A stretch of DNA of 33,748 nt from Chloroflexota bacterium (GCA_016210395.1 JACQUI010000102.1:1-33748); one strand, 5' to 3'. Counted from the first letter of the stretch, positions 1 to 7,388 are shown. The notes: generated from the sequence alone by a model not told the origin. Translations and numbers: made by a program.

Positions 1-2
1 AG

Positions 3-140
3 GCCTTAGATTCTTCGCAAGACAATCGCTGGTGATGACGTTCGTCGTTTGACCGCCTCGCTCAGAATGACAAATGGTATCCACTGCGCCGACAAACAAG
101 AGGCTTGATAAGTTCACACGCTCTGACTTCACTGGCATCA
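3..140 (+). repeat. Dispersed intergenic repeat, long form, copy A (directly tandem with copy B)
   Basis: Box1 GCCTTAGATTCTTCGCAAGAC at 3-23 is 21/21 identical to 141-161. Box2 TTGACCGCCTCGCTCAGAATGACA at 48-71 matches 187-210, 3390-3410 and the reverse complement of 2067-2091. The 24-26 nt between the boxes is not conserved among copies. Confidence 0.75.
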
Positions 141-306
141 GCCTTAGATTCTTCGCAAGACGGCGGCTTGAGGTAGCAACTGTTGATTGACCACCTCGCT
201 CAGAACGACAGCGGGCCGCTACACCGCAAGGCAAAGGCTTAGTTGTCAACACCCTCTGAGCGCAAACGGGCGGCCTCCCCCTACATCCCGAACACCGAAA
301 GACCCC
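141..306 (+). repeat. Dispersed intergenic repeat, long form, copy B
   Basis: Box1 at 141-161, box2 TTGACCACCTCGCTCAGAACGACA at 187-210. The roughly 95-nt tail aligns by eye with the tail of copy C (3411-3500). It ends CCCGAACACCGAAAGACCCC (287-306), which recurs as a reverse complement at about 2010-2029. The copy abuts the stop codon (310-312) of the TPP enzyme gene. Confidence 0.75.
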
Positions 307-309
307 GCC

Positions 310-1971
310 CTATCCGCCGCCCATGCGGGGGAACTCGTCGGGGTCAACGGGCACCTCGATGACGCTGGGCACGTCGTTTTTCATGGCGGCGCGGATGGTC
401 TCGGCAAGGTTGTTGATGTTGTCCACGTAGTAGCCCTTGCCGCCATACAGCTCGGCCAGCTTATCGAAGCGCGGGTTGGTGATGTCTGTGCCCACCAGCC
501 TGCCTTTGAAGCCGGCGATCTGCAGGGCCTTTTCCGAGCCGTACAGCCCGTTGTTCATACACAGCGTGACAAAGGGGATATGCTCCCGCACCGCCGTCTC
601 CAGCTCCTGGGCATTGAACAGGAAGCCCCCGTCACCGTTGAAGACGATAACGGGAGAGCCTGGGCTGGCCAGCTTCGCGCCGACGCCTTCGGGAATGCCG
701 TAGCCCAGGCCGCCCGTGGGCGGTGAGATGAAGGTGCGCTGGTTTTCAAAGTCAATGCGGTCGTAGCCGAAGGCCTGGCACGCGCCAGCGTCCAGGATGG
801 CGATGGTGTCCGGCGTCTTGACCTTGCGGAACTCGGCGTAGACCCGCCGTGGGCTGATCATAGCGCCGCTGATGCGCCCCTCGGCGTCCAGTCGCTGGCG
901 GCGCTTGGCCCTCAGCTCCTGGGCCTCGCGCTTCCAGGCGGGGTCGCCGCCTTCGGCGCCTTCCCTGCGCAGGGCCTCCAGGATGCCCTGAAGGACTGCC
1001 TGAGCATCGCCCTGGATGCCGACGCTGACGGGACAGTGGCGGCCGATCTCCTTTTCGTCCAGCTCTATCTGGATAATCTTGGCGTCTTTGTTCACGGTCC
1101 CGTTGCCGACCAGGTTGGCGAACCCCAGGAGCCTGGTGCCCACGCCAATGATGACGTCCGCCTTTTTTGACAGCTCACTGGTCTCGGCGGCTCCCCGCGC
1201 GCCATAGGGGCCGACATACAGCGGGTGCGAGTTGGGCACGGCGTCGTTGCGCCGGTAGCTGGTGACCAGCGGCGCCGACAGCAGCTCGGCCAGCGCAACG
1301 GCATCGGCACTCGCGCCGCTTTCGGTGACGCCGCCGCCGGCGATAATCAGCGGGCGTTGCGCGCCTTTGAGCAGCGCGGCGGCCTGGCGGACAAGACTAG
1401 GGTCGCCGGGCAGGCGCTGGTGGACGCGGTAGACGGACGGCGGCTGAAGCTCCGTCTCAACAAACTTGTCGTGCATCATGTCCACGGGGAAGTCAACCAG
1501 GACGGGGCCCTTCTTGTTGGCCACGGCCACCCGGAAAGCGTGGCGCATCATCTCAGGGATGCGCGACGTTGTGGGAATGGTGAGGGCCAGCTTGGTTATC
1601 GTGCGGAACATGGCGACGTGGTCCAGCTCCTGGCCTGTATCGCGATAGACCTGCTCCCTGCTGGTCGCGCCGGAGAGGGCGATCACCGGCACATGGCCCA
1701 TGAAGGCGGTGAACAGCGGGCCGGCGATGTTTGGCGTGCCGGGGCCGCCGGTGGTGATGGTGACGCCGGGCTGGCCGGAGATCCTTGCGTAGGCGCTGGC
1801 CATGCACGCTGCGCCTTGCTCGTGGCGGACGGTGATGAGCTTGATGTTCCGCTCATCGTAGAAGGCGTCGGCAATCTCCAGCGTCTCGTTGCCTACGATG
1901 CCGAATGCGTACTTCACGTCTTCGTTGATCAGGGACTTCACCACGGCCTCACCGGCCGTCATTCTGGGCAT
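310..1971 (-). CDS. Thiamine-pyrophosphate-dependent enzyme, acetolactate synthase large-subunit-like (specific substrate unknown)
   Basis: ORF 310..2064 trimmed to the ATG at 1969-1971, which is preceded by GGAGG (reverse complement of 1977-1981). N-terminus is MPRMTAGEAVVKSL. TPP-binding signature GDGGFLFNAQELETAVREHIPFVTLCMNNG lies near the C-terminus. Length of 553 aa is typical of the family. Confidence 0.9.
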   Translation of the reverse strand: MPRMTAGEAVVKSLINEDVKYAFGIVGNETLEIADAFYDERNIKLITVRHEQGAACMASAYARISGQPGVTITTGGPGTPNIAGPLFTAFMGHVPVIALSGATSREQVYRDTGQELDHVAMFRTITKLALTIPTTSRIPEMMRHAFRVAVANKKGPVLVDFPVDMMHDKFVETELQPPSVYRVHQRLPGDPSLVRQAAALLKGAQRPLIIAGGGVTESGASADAVALAELLSAPLVTSYRRNDAVPNSHPLYVGPYGARGAAETSELSKKADVIIGVGTRLLGFANLVGNGTVNKDAKIIQIELDEKEIGRHCPVSVGIQGDAQAVLQGILEALRREGAEGGDPAWKREAQELRAKRRQRLDAEGRISGAMISPRRVYAEFRKVKTPDTIAILDAGACQAFGYDRIDFENQRTFISPPTGGLGYGIPEGVGAKLASPGSPVIVFNGDGGFLFNAQELETAVREHIPFVTLCMNNGLYGSEKALQIAGFKGRLVGTDITNPRFDKLAELYGGKGYYVDNINNLAETIRAAMKNDVPSVIEVPVDPDEFPRMGGG

Positions 1972-2007
1972 GTACCCCTCCTTTTGCGGACATGCAACGT
2001 GTGGCCC

Positions 2008-2134
2008 CAGGGTCTTTCGGTTCGGTTCCAACGGCGCAATGGGATTACAAGGTCTGCGAGGCACATTGTCATTCTAGAGCGAGGTGGTCAAAAGCTTTTC
2101 GCTTTCAATGACGCCCCGCCTCGCGAAGAATCCC
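2008..2134 (-). repeat. Dispersed intergenic repeat, long form, copy D (inverted relative to A/B)
   Basis: 2067-2091 TGTCATTCTAGAGCGAGGTGGTCAA is the reverse complement of box2. 2118-2134 GCCTCGCGAAGAATCCC is the reverse complement of box1. 2010-2029 GGGTCTTTCGGTTCGGTTCC matches the reverse complement of the copy B tail. Confidence 0.7.
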
Positions 2135-2232
2135 TCACGACGATCGTCTTTCGCAGGGCCACGGCAGTGGCCCGTCGCCCGTTTTCCCAGGAACCCCTTC
2201 GCCCTTGAACACGGAAAAACTCAGCACCCACT

Positions 2233-2542
2233 CTACCTGCCCGTCGTGGCCTCAATGACCCGCGCGGGCATGGGCAACTCCGCCGAGTCCACGGGGATTT
2301 CGATGACGCTGGGCAGGTCCGACGCATCGCCTGCTTCAGCACGTCAGGCACGTCCTCCACGCGGTCCACGTAGAAGCCGTTGGCGCCAAAGAGTTGCGCC
2401 AGCTTGTCGAAGCGGGGGTTCGTGATGTCGGAGCCGACCGCCCTATCGCCGAACATAGCGGACTGGTAGGCCTTCTCCGGTCCCCACATCCCTCCGAGCG
2501 CAGCGACTCCACTACTGCCTGGCCGGCGGTCATTCTGGGCAT
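2233..2542 (-). pseudogene. Remnant of a second TPP-dependent enzyme gene (tandem paralog of 310..1971) with a large internal deletion and frameshifts
   Basis: It starts with MPRMTAGQAVVESLRSEG (compare MPRMTAGEAVVKSL in the intact gene). It then jumps in a different frame to GMWGPEKAYQSAMFGDRAVGSDITNPRFDKLAQLFGANGFYVDRVEDVPDVLKQAM (compare GLYGSEKALQIAGFKGRLVGTDITNPRFDKLAELYGGKGYYVDN). A further 1-nt shift is needed to read ...DLPSVIEIPVDSAELPMPARVIEATTGR-stop (stop at 2233-2235). Confidence 0.8.
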
Positions 2543-2656
2543 TGAGGACCTCTCTTGCGTTGTGTGAGCGGCGGCAGTGTAGCATAAGGTGTGCGGGAAT
2601 GAAACCTGCCGACGGTTGCCGTCGTACTACTGACATGACGCTACAAGGAGGCTCCC

Positions 2657-3223
2657 ATGTCCGGCCCAAACCTTGAGACCGCAACACTGGCAAGCGGCTG
2701 CTTCTGGTGCACCGAGGCCGTCTTTCAGCAAGTGCAGGGCGTGAAGAGCGTCATGTCCGGCTACACCGGCGGCAGGCTCCCCAACCCCTCCTACATCCAG
2801 GTGTGCTCCGGCGCAACGGGCCACGCCGAGGCCGTCCAGGTGGCGTATGACCCCTCGGTCATCTCCTACCGCGAGGTCCTGGAGATCTTTTTTGCCACCC
2901 ACGACCCCACGACCATGGACCGCCAGGGCGCGGACGTGGGCACGCAGTACCGCTCCGCCATCTTCTATCACGACGACGCCCAGAAGAAGACGGCGGAAGA
3001 GGTGATGGAAGACCTGCGCCGTCAGAAGATTTTCCGAAACCCGATTGTCACGAAGCTTGAACCTGCGGGGCAGTTCTACCCGTCCGAGGAGTACCACCGC
3101 GACTACTACCAGCGCAACTCGGATGCCCCCTACTGCCAGTTCGTCATCGAGCCGAAGGTGGCCAAGTTCCGCAAGCAGTTCGCGAAAAAGCTGGCAAGCC
3201 CGGTGGCCGGCACGGGCCATTAA
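2657..3223 (+). CDS. msrA: Peptide-methionine (S)-S-oxide reductase MsrA
   Basis: GCFWCTEAVF active-site motif, then GYTGG...PSY..VC.G.TGHAEAVQV.YDP, HDPTT..RQG.D.GTQYRS. AAGGAGG sits 6 nt upstream of the ATG at 2657. Confidence 0.95.
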   Translation: MSGPNLETATLASGCFWCTEAVFQQVQGVKSVMSGYTGGRLPNPSYIQVCSGATGHAEAVQVAYDPSVISYREVLEIFFATHDPTTMDRQGADVGTQYRSAIFYHDDAQKKTAEEVMEDLRRQKIFRNPIVTKLEPAGQFYPSEEYHRDYYQRNSDAPYCQFVIEPKVAKFRKQFAKKLASPVAGTGH

Positions 3224-3260
3224 GGACCGTGGGGCGCAAGAAGGTGGCGATTCCGCACAA

Positions 3261-3300
3261 TGTCATTGAAAGCCATGACGGTAGTCAGGCGAAGATCTAA
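3261..3300 (-). repeat. Dispersed intergenic repeat, short form, copy E
   Basis: TGTCATTGAAAGCCATGACGGTAGTCAGGCGAAGATCTAA. Positions 3271-3292 are 22/22 identical to 33727-33748. It has the same GTCATT...GAAGATC architecture as the long form. Confidence 0.7.
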
Positions 3301-3343
3301 TGCGGTAGCTGCTGCAGCATTTCCACTCTTCGCACGGGCACAT

Positions 3344-3500
3344 GCCTTGGATTCTTGGCGAGACGATCGCTAAACAGAACATCCCTTGGTTGACTACCTC
3401 AGAACGACAGTGGTCTGCCGCACCGCGAGACAATAACTTAATTTGCCAACACCCCCCTGAGCCTTCTAAGGGCCCTGCCCCCTGCCACAACCCGAACGCC
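3344..3500 (+). repeat. Dispersed intergenic repeat, long form, copy C
   Basis: Box1 variant GCCTTGGATTCTTGGCGAGAC at 3344-3364. Box2 variant TTGACTACCTCAGAACGACAG at 3390-3410. The tail aligns by eye with copy B (…CACCGC.AG.CAA…TT..CAACACCC…CTGAGC…CCCCCT.C…CCCGAAC.CC). Confidence 0.7.
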
Positions 3501-3536
3501 GTTGCCTTCTTCAGCGCTTCCACCGGACGCCAACAA

Positions 3537-3573
3537 GAAACGAGCAGAAGTGGATCCCACTTCTGCTCGTTTC
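3537..3573 (-). terminator. Hairpin terminator downstream of the CoA-binding protein gene
   Basis: Perfect 17-bp stem GAAACGAGCAGAAGTGG / CCACTTCTGCTCGTTTC with a 3-nt loop. On the minus strand it is followed by TTGTTGG. It lies 90 nt downstream of the stop at 3664. Confidence 0.55.
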
Positions 3574-3663
3574 TGCTCTATGCTGATGCTGCCGCTAGGA
3601 AGGTGCGCTTCCGGCCTGACCCTGTAAGGCGCCGCCGTACCGGCGGCGATGTTCTCGCAGCGT

Positions 3664-4080
3664 TCAGTTGTTCATGATGACGGGTATGCCCGCCGCCCGC
3701 GCCTTCTCGGCCGCCTCCTCGTTCACAACGCCGTCCTGCATCCAGACAAACTTCGCCTTCACTTCGATGGCTTCGTCCACCACTGGCGCAACCAACTCCG
3801 ACCGCCGGAAAATGTCCACCATGTCTATGGGCACCGGCACCGACTTCAGGTCCGGGTAGCTCTTCTCTCCCAGCACCTCAGTCACCTGAGGGTTCACCGG
3901 AATGATTTTGTAGCCGACACTCTGCAGGTATTTTGCGACGCGATGGCTGTCCCGGTCTGCGTTAGGGGACAGGCCAACCACGGCAATCACCTTGCTTTGC
4001 GTGAGCTGCTGCTCCACAAGGTCCACAGGCGCACCTCCTTCTTGCGAAACGTCCAGGGCGGCAACCCTGTTGGCCGCCAT
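3664..4080 (-). CDS. CoA-binding domain protein (YccU/YneT-like)
   Basis: ORF 3664..4206 trimmed to the ATG at 4078-4080 (MAANRV...). KVIAVVGLSPN..R.SH.VAKYLQ..GY.IIPVNP and DMVDIFR are typical of the small CoA_binding_2 family. Confidence 0.8.
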   Translation of the reverse strand: MAANRVAALDVSQEGGAPVDLVEQQLTQSKVIAVVGLSPNADRDSHRVAKYLQSVGYKIIPVNPQVTEVLGEKSYPDLKSVPVPIDMVDIFRRSELVAPVVDEAIEVKAKFVWMQDGVVNEEAAEKARAAGIPVIMNN

Positions 4081-4164
4081 TCTACTCCCATGCAACCAAA
4101 GCCACAATATGTCTTTGCGTGCAATAGGAGGGCCGAAGGTAATGGGAGCGCGACGCCCTCGCAC

Positions 4165-4193
4165 TTGTACGGGTTTCGTCACACTGGTACAAT
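4165..4193 (+). promoter_or_regulatory. Putative sigma70-type promoter for the DUF1445/DUF4392 pair
   Basis: TTGTAC (4165-4170), 17-nt spacer, TACAAT (4188-4193), with TG at 4185-4186 (extended -10). It lies about 26 nt upstream of the ATG at 4219. Confidence 0.4.
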
Positions 4194-4218
4194 CGTCCGA
4201 AGGCAAAGGAGCTTCCTT

Positions 4219-5013
4219 ATGGCAATCAACGCGCTCCCCTCCAGCTCATCGGAGCTACGCGCCCTCATCCGCCAGGGCAAGTGGACCGGGCCCACGGTCG
4301 CGCTTGCTCCAGGGCGCGTCCAGGCCAACCTGGTGGTGTTGCCCAAGGAGCAGGCCTTCGACTTCCTCCTGTTTTGCCAGCGCAACCCCAAGCCGTGCCC
4401 CCTTGTCGAGGTGCTGGACCCCGGCAACCCGGAGGCGTCACAGACAGCTCCACGCTCGGACGTCCGCACCGACCTTCCACGCTACCGCATCTACCGGGAT
4501 GGCCGCATGTCGGCTGAGGTGGAGGACATCCGCGAGGAGTGGAGGCCGGACCTGGTCACCTTCCTCCTGGGGTGCAGCTTCTCGTTCGAGGCAGCTCTGC
4601 AGCACGCAGGCGTGCCCCTCCGCCACGTGGAAGAGGGGAAAAACGTCTCCATGTACATCACCGCCATCCAGACGACGCCTGCCGGCCAGTTCTCCGGGCC
4701 GATGGTCGTCTCCATGCGCCCCATCCCCAGGGACAAGGTCGTCCGCGCCGTGCAGGTGACCTCCCGCTTCCCCAGCGTGCACGGCGCGCCGGTGCACATC
4801 GGCAACCCCCAGGACATCGGCATCCGCGACCTCTCGCGCCCGGACTTCGGCGACGCCGTGGAGGTCAGGGATGGCGAGGTCCCCGTCTTCTGGGCCTGCG
4901 GCGTGACGCCCCAGGCGCTGGCCGTGAAGTCGCGCCCGCCCCTAATGATCACGCACGCACCCGGGCACATGTTCATCACCGACCTCCGGGACGAAGACCT
5001 GGCCGTCTTGTAA
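4219..5013 (+). CDS. DUF1445 / UPF0317 putative hydro-lyase (D-glutamate cyclase-like catalytic domain)
   Basis: The 454-aa ORF is trimmed to the ATG at 4219, preceded by AAAGGAG. Family-typical N-terminus: R..IR.G.WTGPT...APG.VQANLVVLP...A.DF..FCQRNPKPCPL.EV. The upstream part of the ORF is antisense to the CoA-binding gene. Confidence 0.85.
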   Translation: MAINALPSSSSELRALIRQGKWTGPTVALAPGRVQANLVVLPKEQAFDFLLFCQRNPKPCPLVEVLDPGNPEASQTAPRSDVRTDLPRYRIYRDGRMSAEVEDIREEWRPDLVTFLLGCSFSFEAALQHAGVPLRHVEEGKNVSMYITAIQTTPAGQFSGPMVVSMRPIPRDKVVRAVQVTSRFPSVHGAPVHIGNPQDIGIRDLSRPDFGDAVEVRDGEVPVFWACGVTPQALAVKSRPPLMITHAPGHMFITDLRDEDLAVL

Positions 5014-5076
5014 GGCACACCTTGCAAAACAACGCGGCGAGCGTTTTACGGCTAGAGGCCTTGAGAGCGAGACGCT

Positions 5077-5934
5077 GTGTCACAAGTTGAAGACATCATA
5101 CTCGACCGCGACAAACGGGGTGTCTCCCACCTCCGTGGCTATCTGTCGCCGGACTTTTGCCACGATGCCGCCCGATTCCTCCTGGAGCATGCGCCGCGCG
5201 CCCTCATCTGCACCGGCTTCTACATCAAGCGGGCCAAAGCCCCGGAAACCGATGGCCCTCCGGGGGCCTACTTCATCGGCAAGGCCCTTCAGGCCCTTGG
5301 GTTTCAGGTAACATACGTCTCAGACCGGCATTCCATCGGACTGTTTCGGGGCTTGGCGCGGCCGCATGAGCTTATCGAGTTCCCAATCGCGGACGTGGCT
5401 ACGAGCCGACGGTTCGCGCAGGACGTGCTGTCCAGGTTGACGCCCACGGTGGTCATCTCCATCGAACGGTGCAGCCTGACCGCGCGGGGGCGCTACCTGA
5501 ACATGCTGGGCGTGGACATCACGCCCTTCAACGCCCGGCTGGACTATCTCGTCGAAGGCCAGCCGGCCACCATCGGCATCGGCGACGGCGGCAACGAGAT
5601 CGGCATGGGCAACCTGGCAGCCCAGATCCCCAGCGTCGCCACACTGCCCAAAGAGCCGGCGGCAACAACGGTCTCGAAGCTGGTGCTGGCCAGCGTCTCC
5701 AACTGGGGCGGGTACGGCCTCATCACCGCGCTATCGCTGCAGGCGCGCCGCAATCTCCTTCCTTCCGTGGAGACGGAGACGGACCTCATCCGGTTCATGG
5801 TGTCCCGTGGCGCAGTGGACGGCATCATGACGCAAAGGGTCCACGCCGTGGACGGTTTCCTGCTGGAGGAAAACCAGAAGACCCTGGAGCGGCTCCACGC
5901 GTTGCTGTCTGCCCAAGGTCTGCGCACCGGGTAG
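5077..5934 (+). CDS. DUF4392 domain protein (second domain of animal D-glutamate cyclase)
   Basis: 285-aa ORF with a GTG start, 63 nt after the DUF1445 gene. The GIGDGGNEIGMGN motif and overall size fit DUF4392 as I remember the family. Confidence 0.7.
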   Translation: MSQVEDIILDRDKRGVSHLRGYLSPDFCHDAARFLLEHAPRALICTGFYIKRAKAPETDGPPGAYFIGKALQALGFQVTYVSDRHSIGLFRGLARPHELIEFPIADVATSRRFAQDVLSRLTPTVVISIERCSLTARGRYLNMLGVDITPFNARLDYLVEGQPATIGIGDGGNEIGMGNLAAQIPSVATLPKEPAATTVSKLVLASVSNWGGYGLITALSLQARRNLLPSVETETDLIRFMVSRGAVDGIMTQRVHAVDGFLLEENQKTLERLHALLSAQGLRTG

Positions 5935-6122
5935 AGGATGCAGCAAAAAACAGAGGTTCTAGCCCCAATCCCAGAAAGGGCATATCGTTTCCCCATCAAA
6001 AAGCCTTGACACCTAGGAGCGCAGAATGCTAGGCTGCCTACGGCTTTTTGCATAGTCCACATATGGCTGTGCCTGTGAGCACGGCTGTTGCCCACAAAGC
6101 GAAGACTTGAATCCACTGGAGG

Positions 6123-7388
6123 ATGCGCCAAATGCTGTTGACCAGAAGTCGGACCCCTGTTGTAGTAGGCGGACTTATCTTGCTCTTGGGACTCGTGATC
6201 GCCATCGTCGGCGCTGTCAGCGCCGACAACGCCACCCATCCCTTTGGAGAGAGCGCTCCGAACACGGACTTCGGCTGGCAGCCGATGGTGGCCGGTGATC
6301 TGGTAGGTGTTGACGTCCTGTTGGATCCCGTGATGACCGGCGCCAAAGCGGTCTACTCGATTGAGGTGTTCCTGAAGAACTCCACGACCTTGACGGACAG
6401 CATCGTCAGCGGAACGCCAGCCGCATTCGTTCGGACGACTGCCTCCGGTGGTAGCTTGCCGACCGGCCAGGTCATCAATATCCGGTTCAGTTTCCTCAAC
6501 GACGTGCCCGCCTCCGTCCGGCAGAACGCCATCACCCCGCCGGCAGTGGCCGGCATCCACCTCATGGGCCGCGACAACGCAGGCAACCCTGTCCTCGTAG
6601 GCAGGTCGGTCAACCCCGCGCTAAAGCCCATTCCTGCGCCCACAGCGACTCCCGTTCCGCCGGCGGAGCCCACGCCCACGCCTGTCACAACGGTAGTCGT
6701 GCCTGAGTCCCAGGTCACGGCCGTGGCCGCGCCCGCGGGCGGCGCTTCCAAGATCGTGCAGCCCAATGCGGCGGCCACACTCAGCGCGCCCGACGGAAGC
6801 GTGACGGTGAACCTACCCCCCACATCCAGCAGCAAGACGTTCCAGGTAACGTACGCGCCGCTCACCACGGGCGTTCCCGCCGCTTCTCCCAAGACCCAGG
6901 TCCTGCGCGCCTTCGCGCTGACCACCTACGGCACTGATGGCGCCAAAACCGAGGTCACGCTCCTCCAGTCCGTAACCATCAGCGCCAAGTACACCAGCGC
7001 CGATAGCCAGGCGGCCCCGGACAAGAACCCGGCCAACCTGCGCATCCTTAGCTACGACGACACCACCAAGGTGTGGAGCCTCCTCAACACCACCGTGGAC
7101 ATCGCCGGCCAGATGCTTACGGCCAAGGTCAGCCACCTGAGCACCTTTGCCGTGGGCAGCGCGGAGCCGCCCCCACAGACGGTTGAGCAACTGCAAACCC
7201 CGACTCCAACAGCAACACCCGTGGCAACGGCAACGCCCACAAGAACCCCGGCGCCTGCTCCGACGTCTCCACCCACCGGCGACTTCGCGCCTAGCTCCGG
7301 CCTGGTCCTGGCCGTGATGCTGGCGGGCCTGCTCATGGTCCTGGGCGGTGCAACCTATATCACCCAGAGCCGCCGGTCGCGGGCATAG
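6123..7388 (+). CDS. Type-I membrane surface protein with Pro/Thr-rich linkers (function unknown)
   Basis: N-terminal signal/anchor VVVGGLILLLGLVIAIVGAVSA-DN. Two PT-rich linkers (about 6628-6695 and 7198-7280). C-terminal TM GLVLAVMLAGLLMVLGGATYI followed by basic QSRRSRA. GGAGG at 6118-6122 is better spaced for the second ATG at 6132, so the true start may be 6132. Confidence 0.8.
   Translation: MRQMLLTRSRTPVVVGGLILLLGLVIAIVGAVSADNATHPFGESAPNTDFGWQPMVAGDLVGVDVLLDPVMTGAKAVYSIEVFLKNSTTLTDSIVSGTPAAFVRTTASGGSLPTGQVINIRFSFLNDVPASVRQNAITPPAVAGIHLMGRDNAGNPVLVGRSVNPALKPIPAPTATPVPPAEPTPTPVTTVVVPESQVTAVAAPAGGASKIVQPNAAATLSAPDGSVTVNLPPTSSSKTFQVTYAPLTTGVPAASPKTQVLRAFALTTYGTDGAKTEVTLLQSVTISAKYTSADSQAAPDKNPANLRILSYDDTTKVWSLLNTTVDIAGQMLTAKVSHLSTFAVGSAEPPPQTVEQLQTPTPTATPVATATPTRTPAPAPTSPPTGDFAPSSGLVLAVMLAGLLMVLGGATYITQSRRSRA

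Noticed and set aside
1-306. CRISPR-like reading of the conserved-box / variable 24-26 nt / conserved-box pattern
   Set aside because: The two boxes are different sequences rather than one repeat. There are only two tandem units, each followed by a long semi-conserved tail. Copies are scattered singly elsewhere and no cas genes are present. This fits a dispersed REP/MITE-like family better.
187-726. 179-aa plus-strand ORF spanning the repeat region and the 3' end of the TPP enzyme gene
   Set aside because: It starts inside repeat copy B and then runs antisense to a confident CDS. The translation is featureless.
1955-1971. GTCATTCTGGGCAT at the start of both TPP genes (also 2528-2542) resembling the repeat box GTCATTCTGAGC
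   Set aside because: Here the sequence is the coding reverse complement of ATGCCCAGAATGAC (MPRMT), conserved between the paralogs as protein. The resemblance to the repeat box covers only about 9 nt, and I treat it as coincidence.
310-1971. Assigning the TPP enzyme as oxalyl-CoA decarboxylase to complete an oxalate pathway
   Set aside because: It lies 24 kb from the ligase/OFOR locus with unrelated genes between. By eye its sequence is a generic acetolactate-synthase-like TPP enzyme, and I cannot discriminate Oxc from IlvB/Xsc-like members without an alignment.
2088-2693. 201-aa minus-strand ORF treated as a real gene
   Set aside because: Only its middle is homologous to anything, namely the C-terminal part of the TPP enzyme. 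The rest reads through intergenic DNA, a repeat copy and the antisense of the msrA start. It is better explained as part of the pseudogene at 2233-2542.
3649-4218. N-terminal 190-aa extension of the 454-aa ORF that contains the DUF1445 gene
   Set aside because: The extension is antisense to the well-supported CoA-binding protein gene and has no family similarity. The homologous DUF1445 sequence begins at the ATG at 4219, which has an RBS.
7255-7388. LPXTG-type sortase signals (SPPTGD before the TM of the 421-aa protein; GVPTGAGG before the TM of the giant protein)
   Set aside because: Both are PTG strings inside Pro/Thr-rich linkers and lack the Leu/x context. No sortase gene is in the window. 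This could equally be chance or a plain TM anchor, and a novel sorting signal cannot be supported from two examples.
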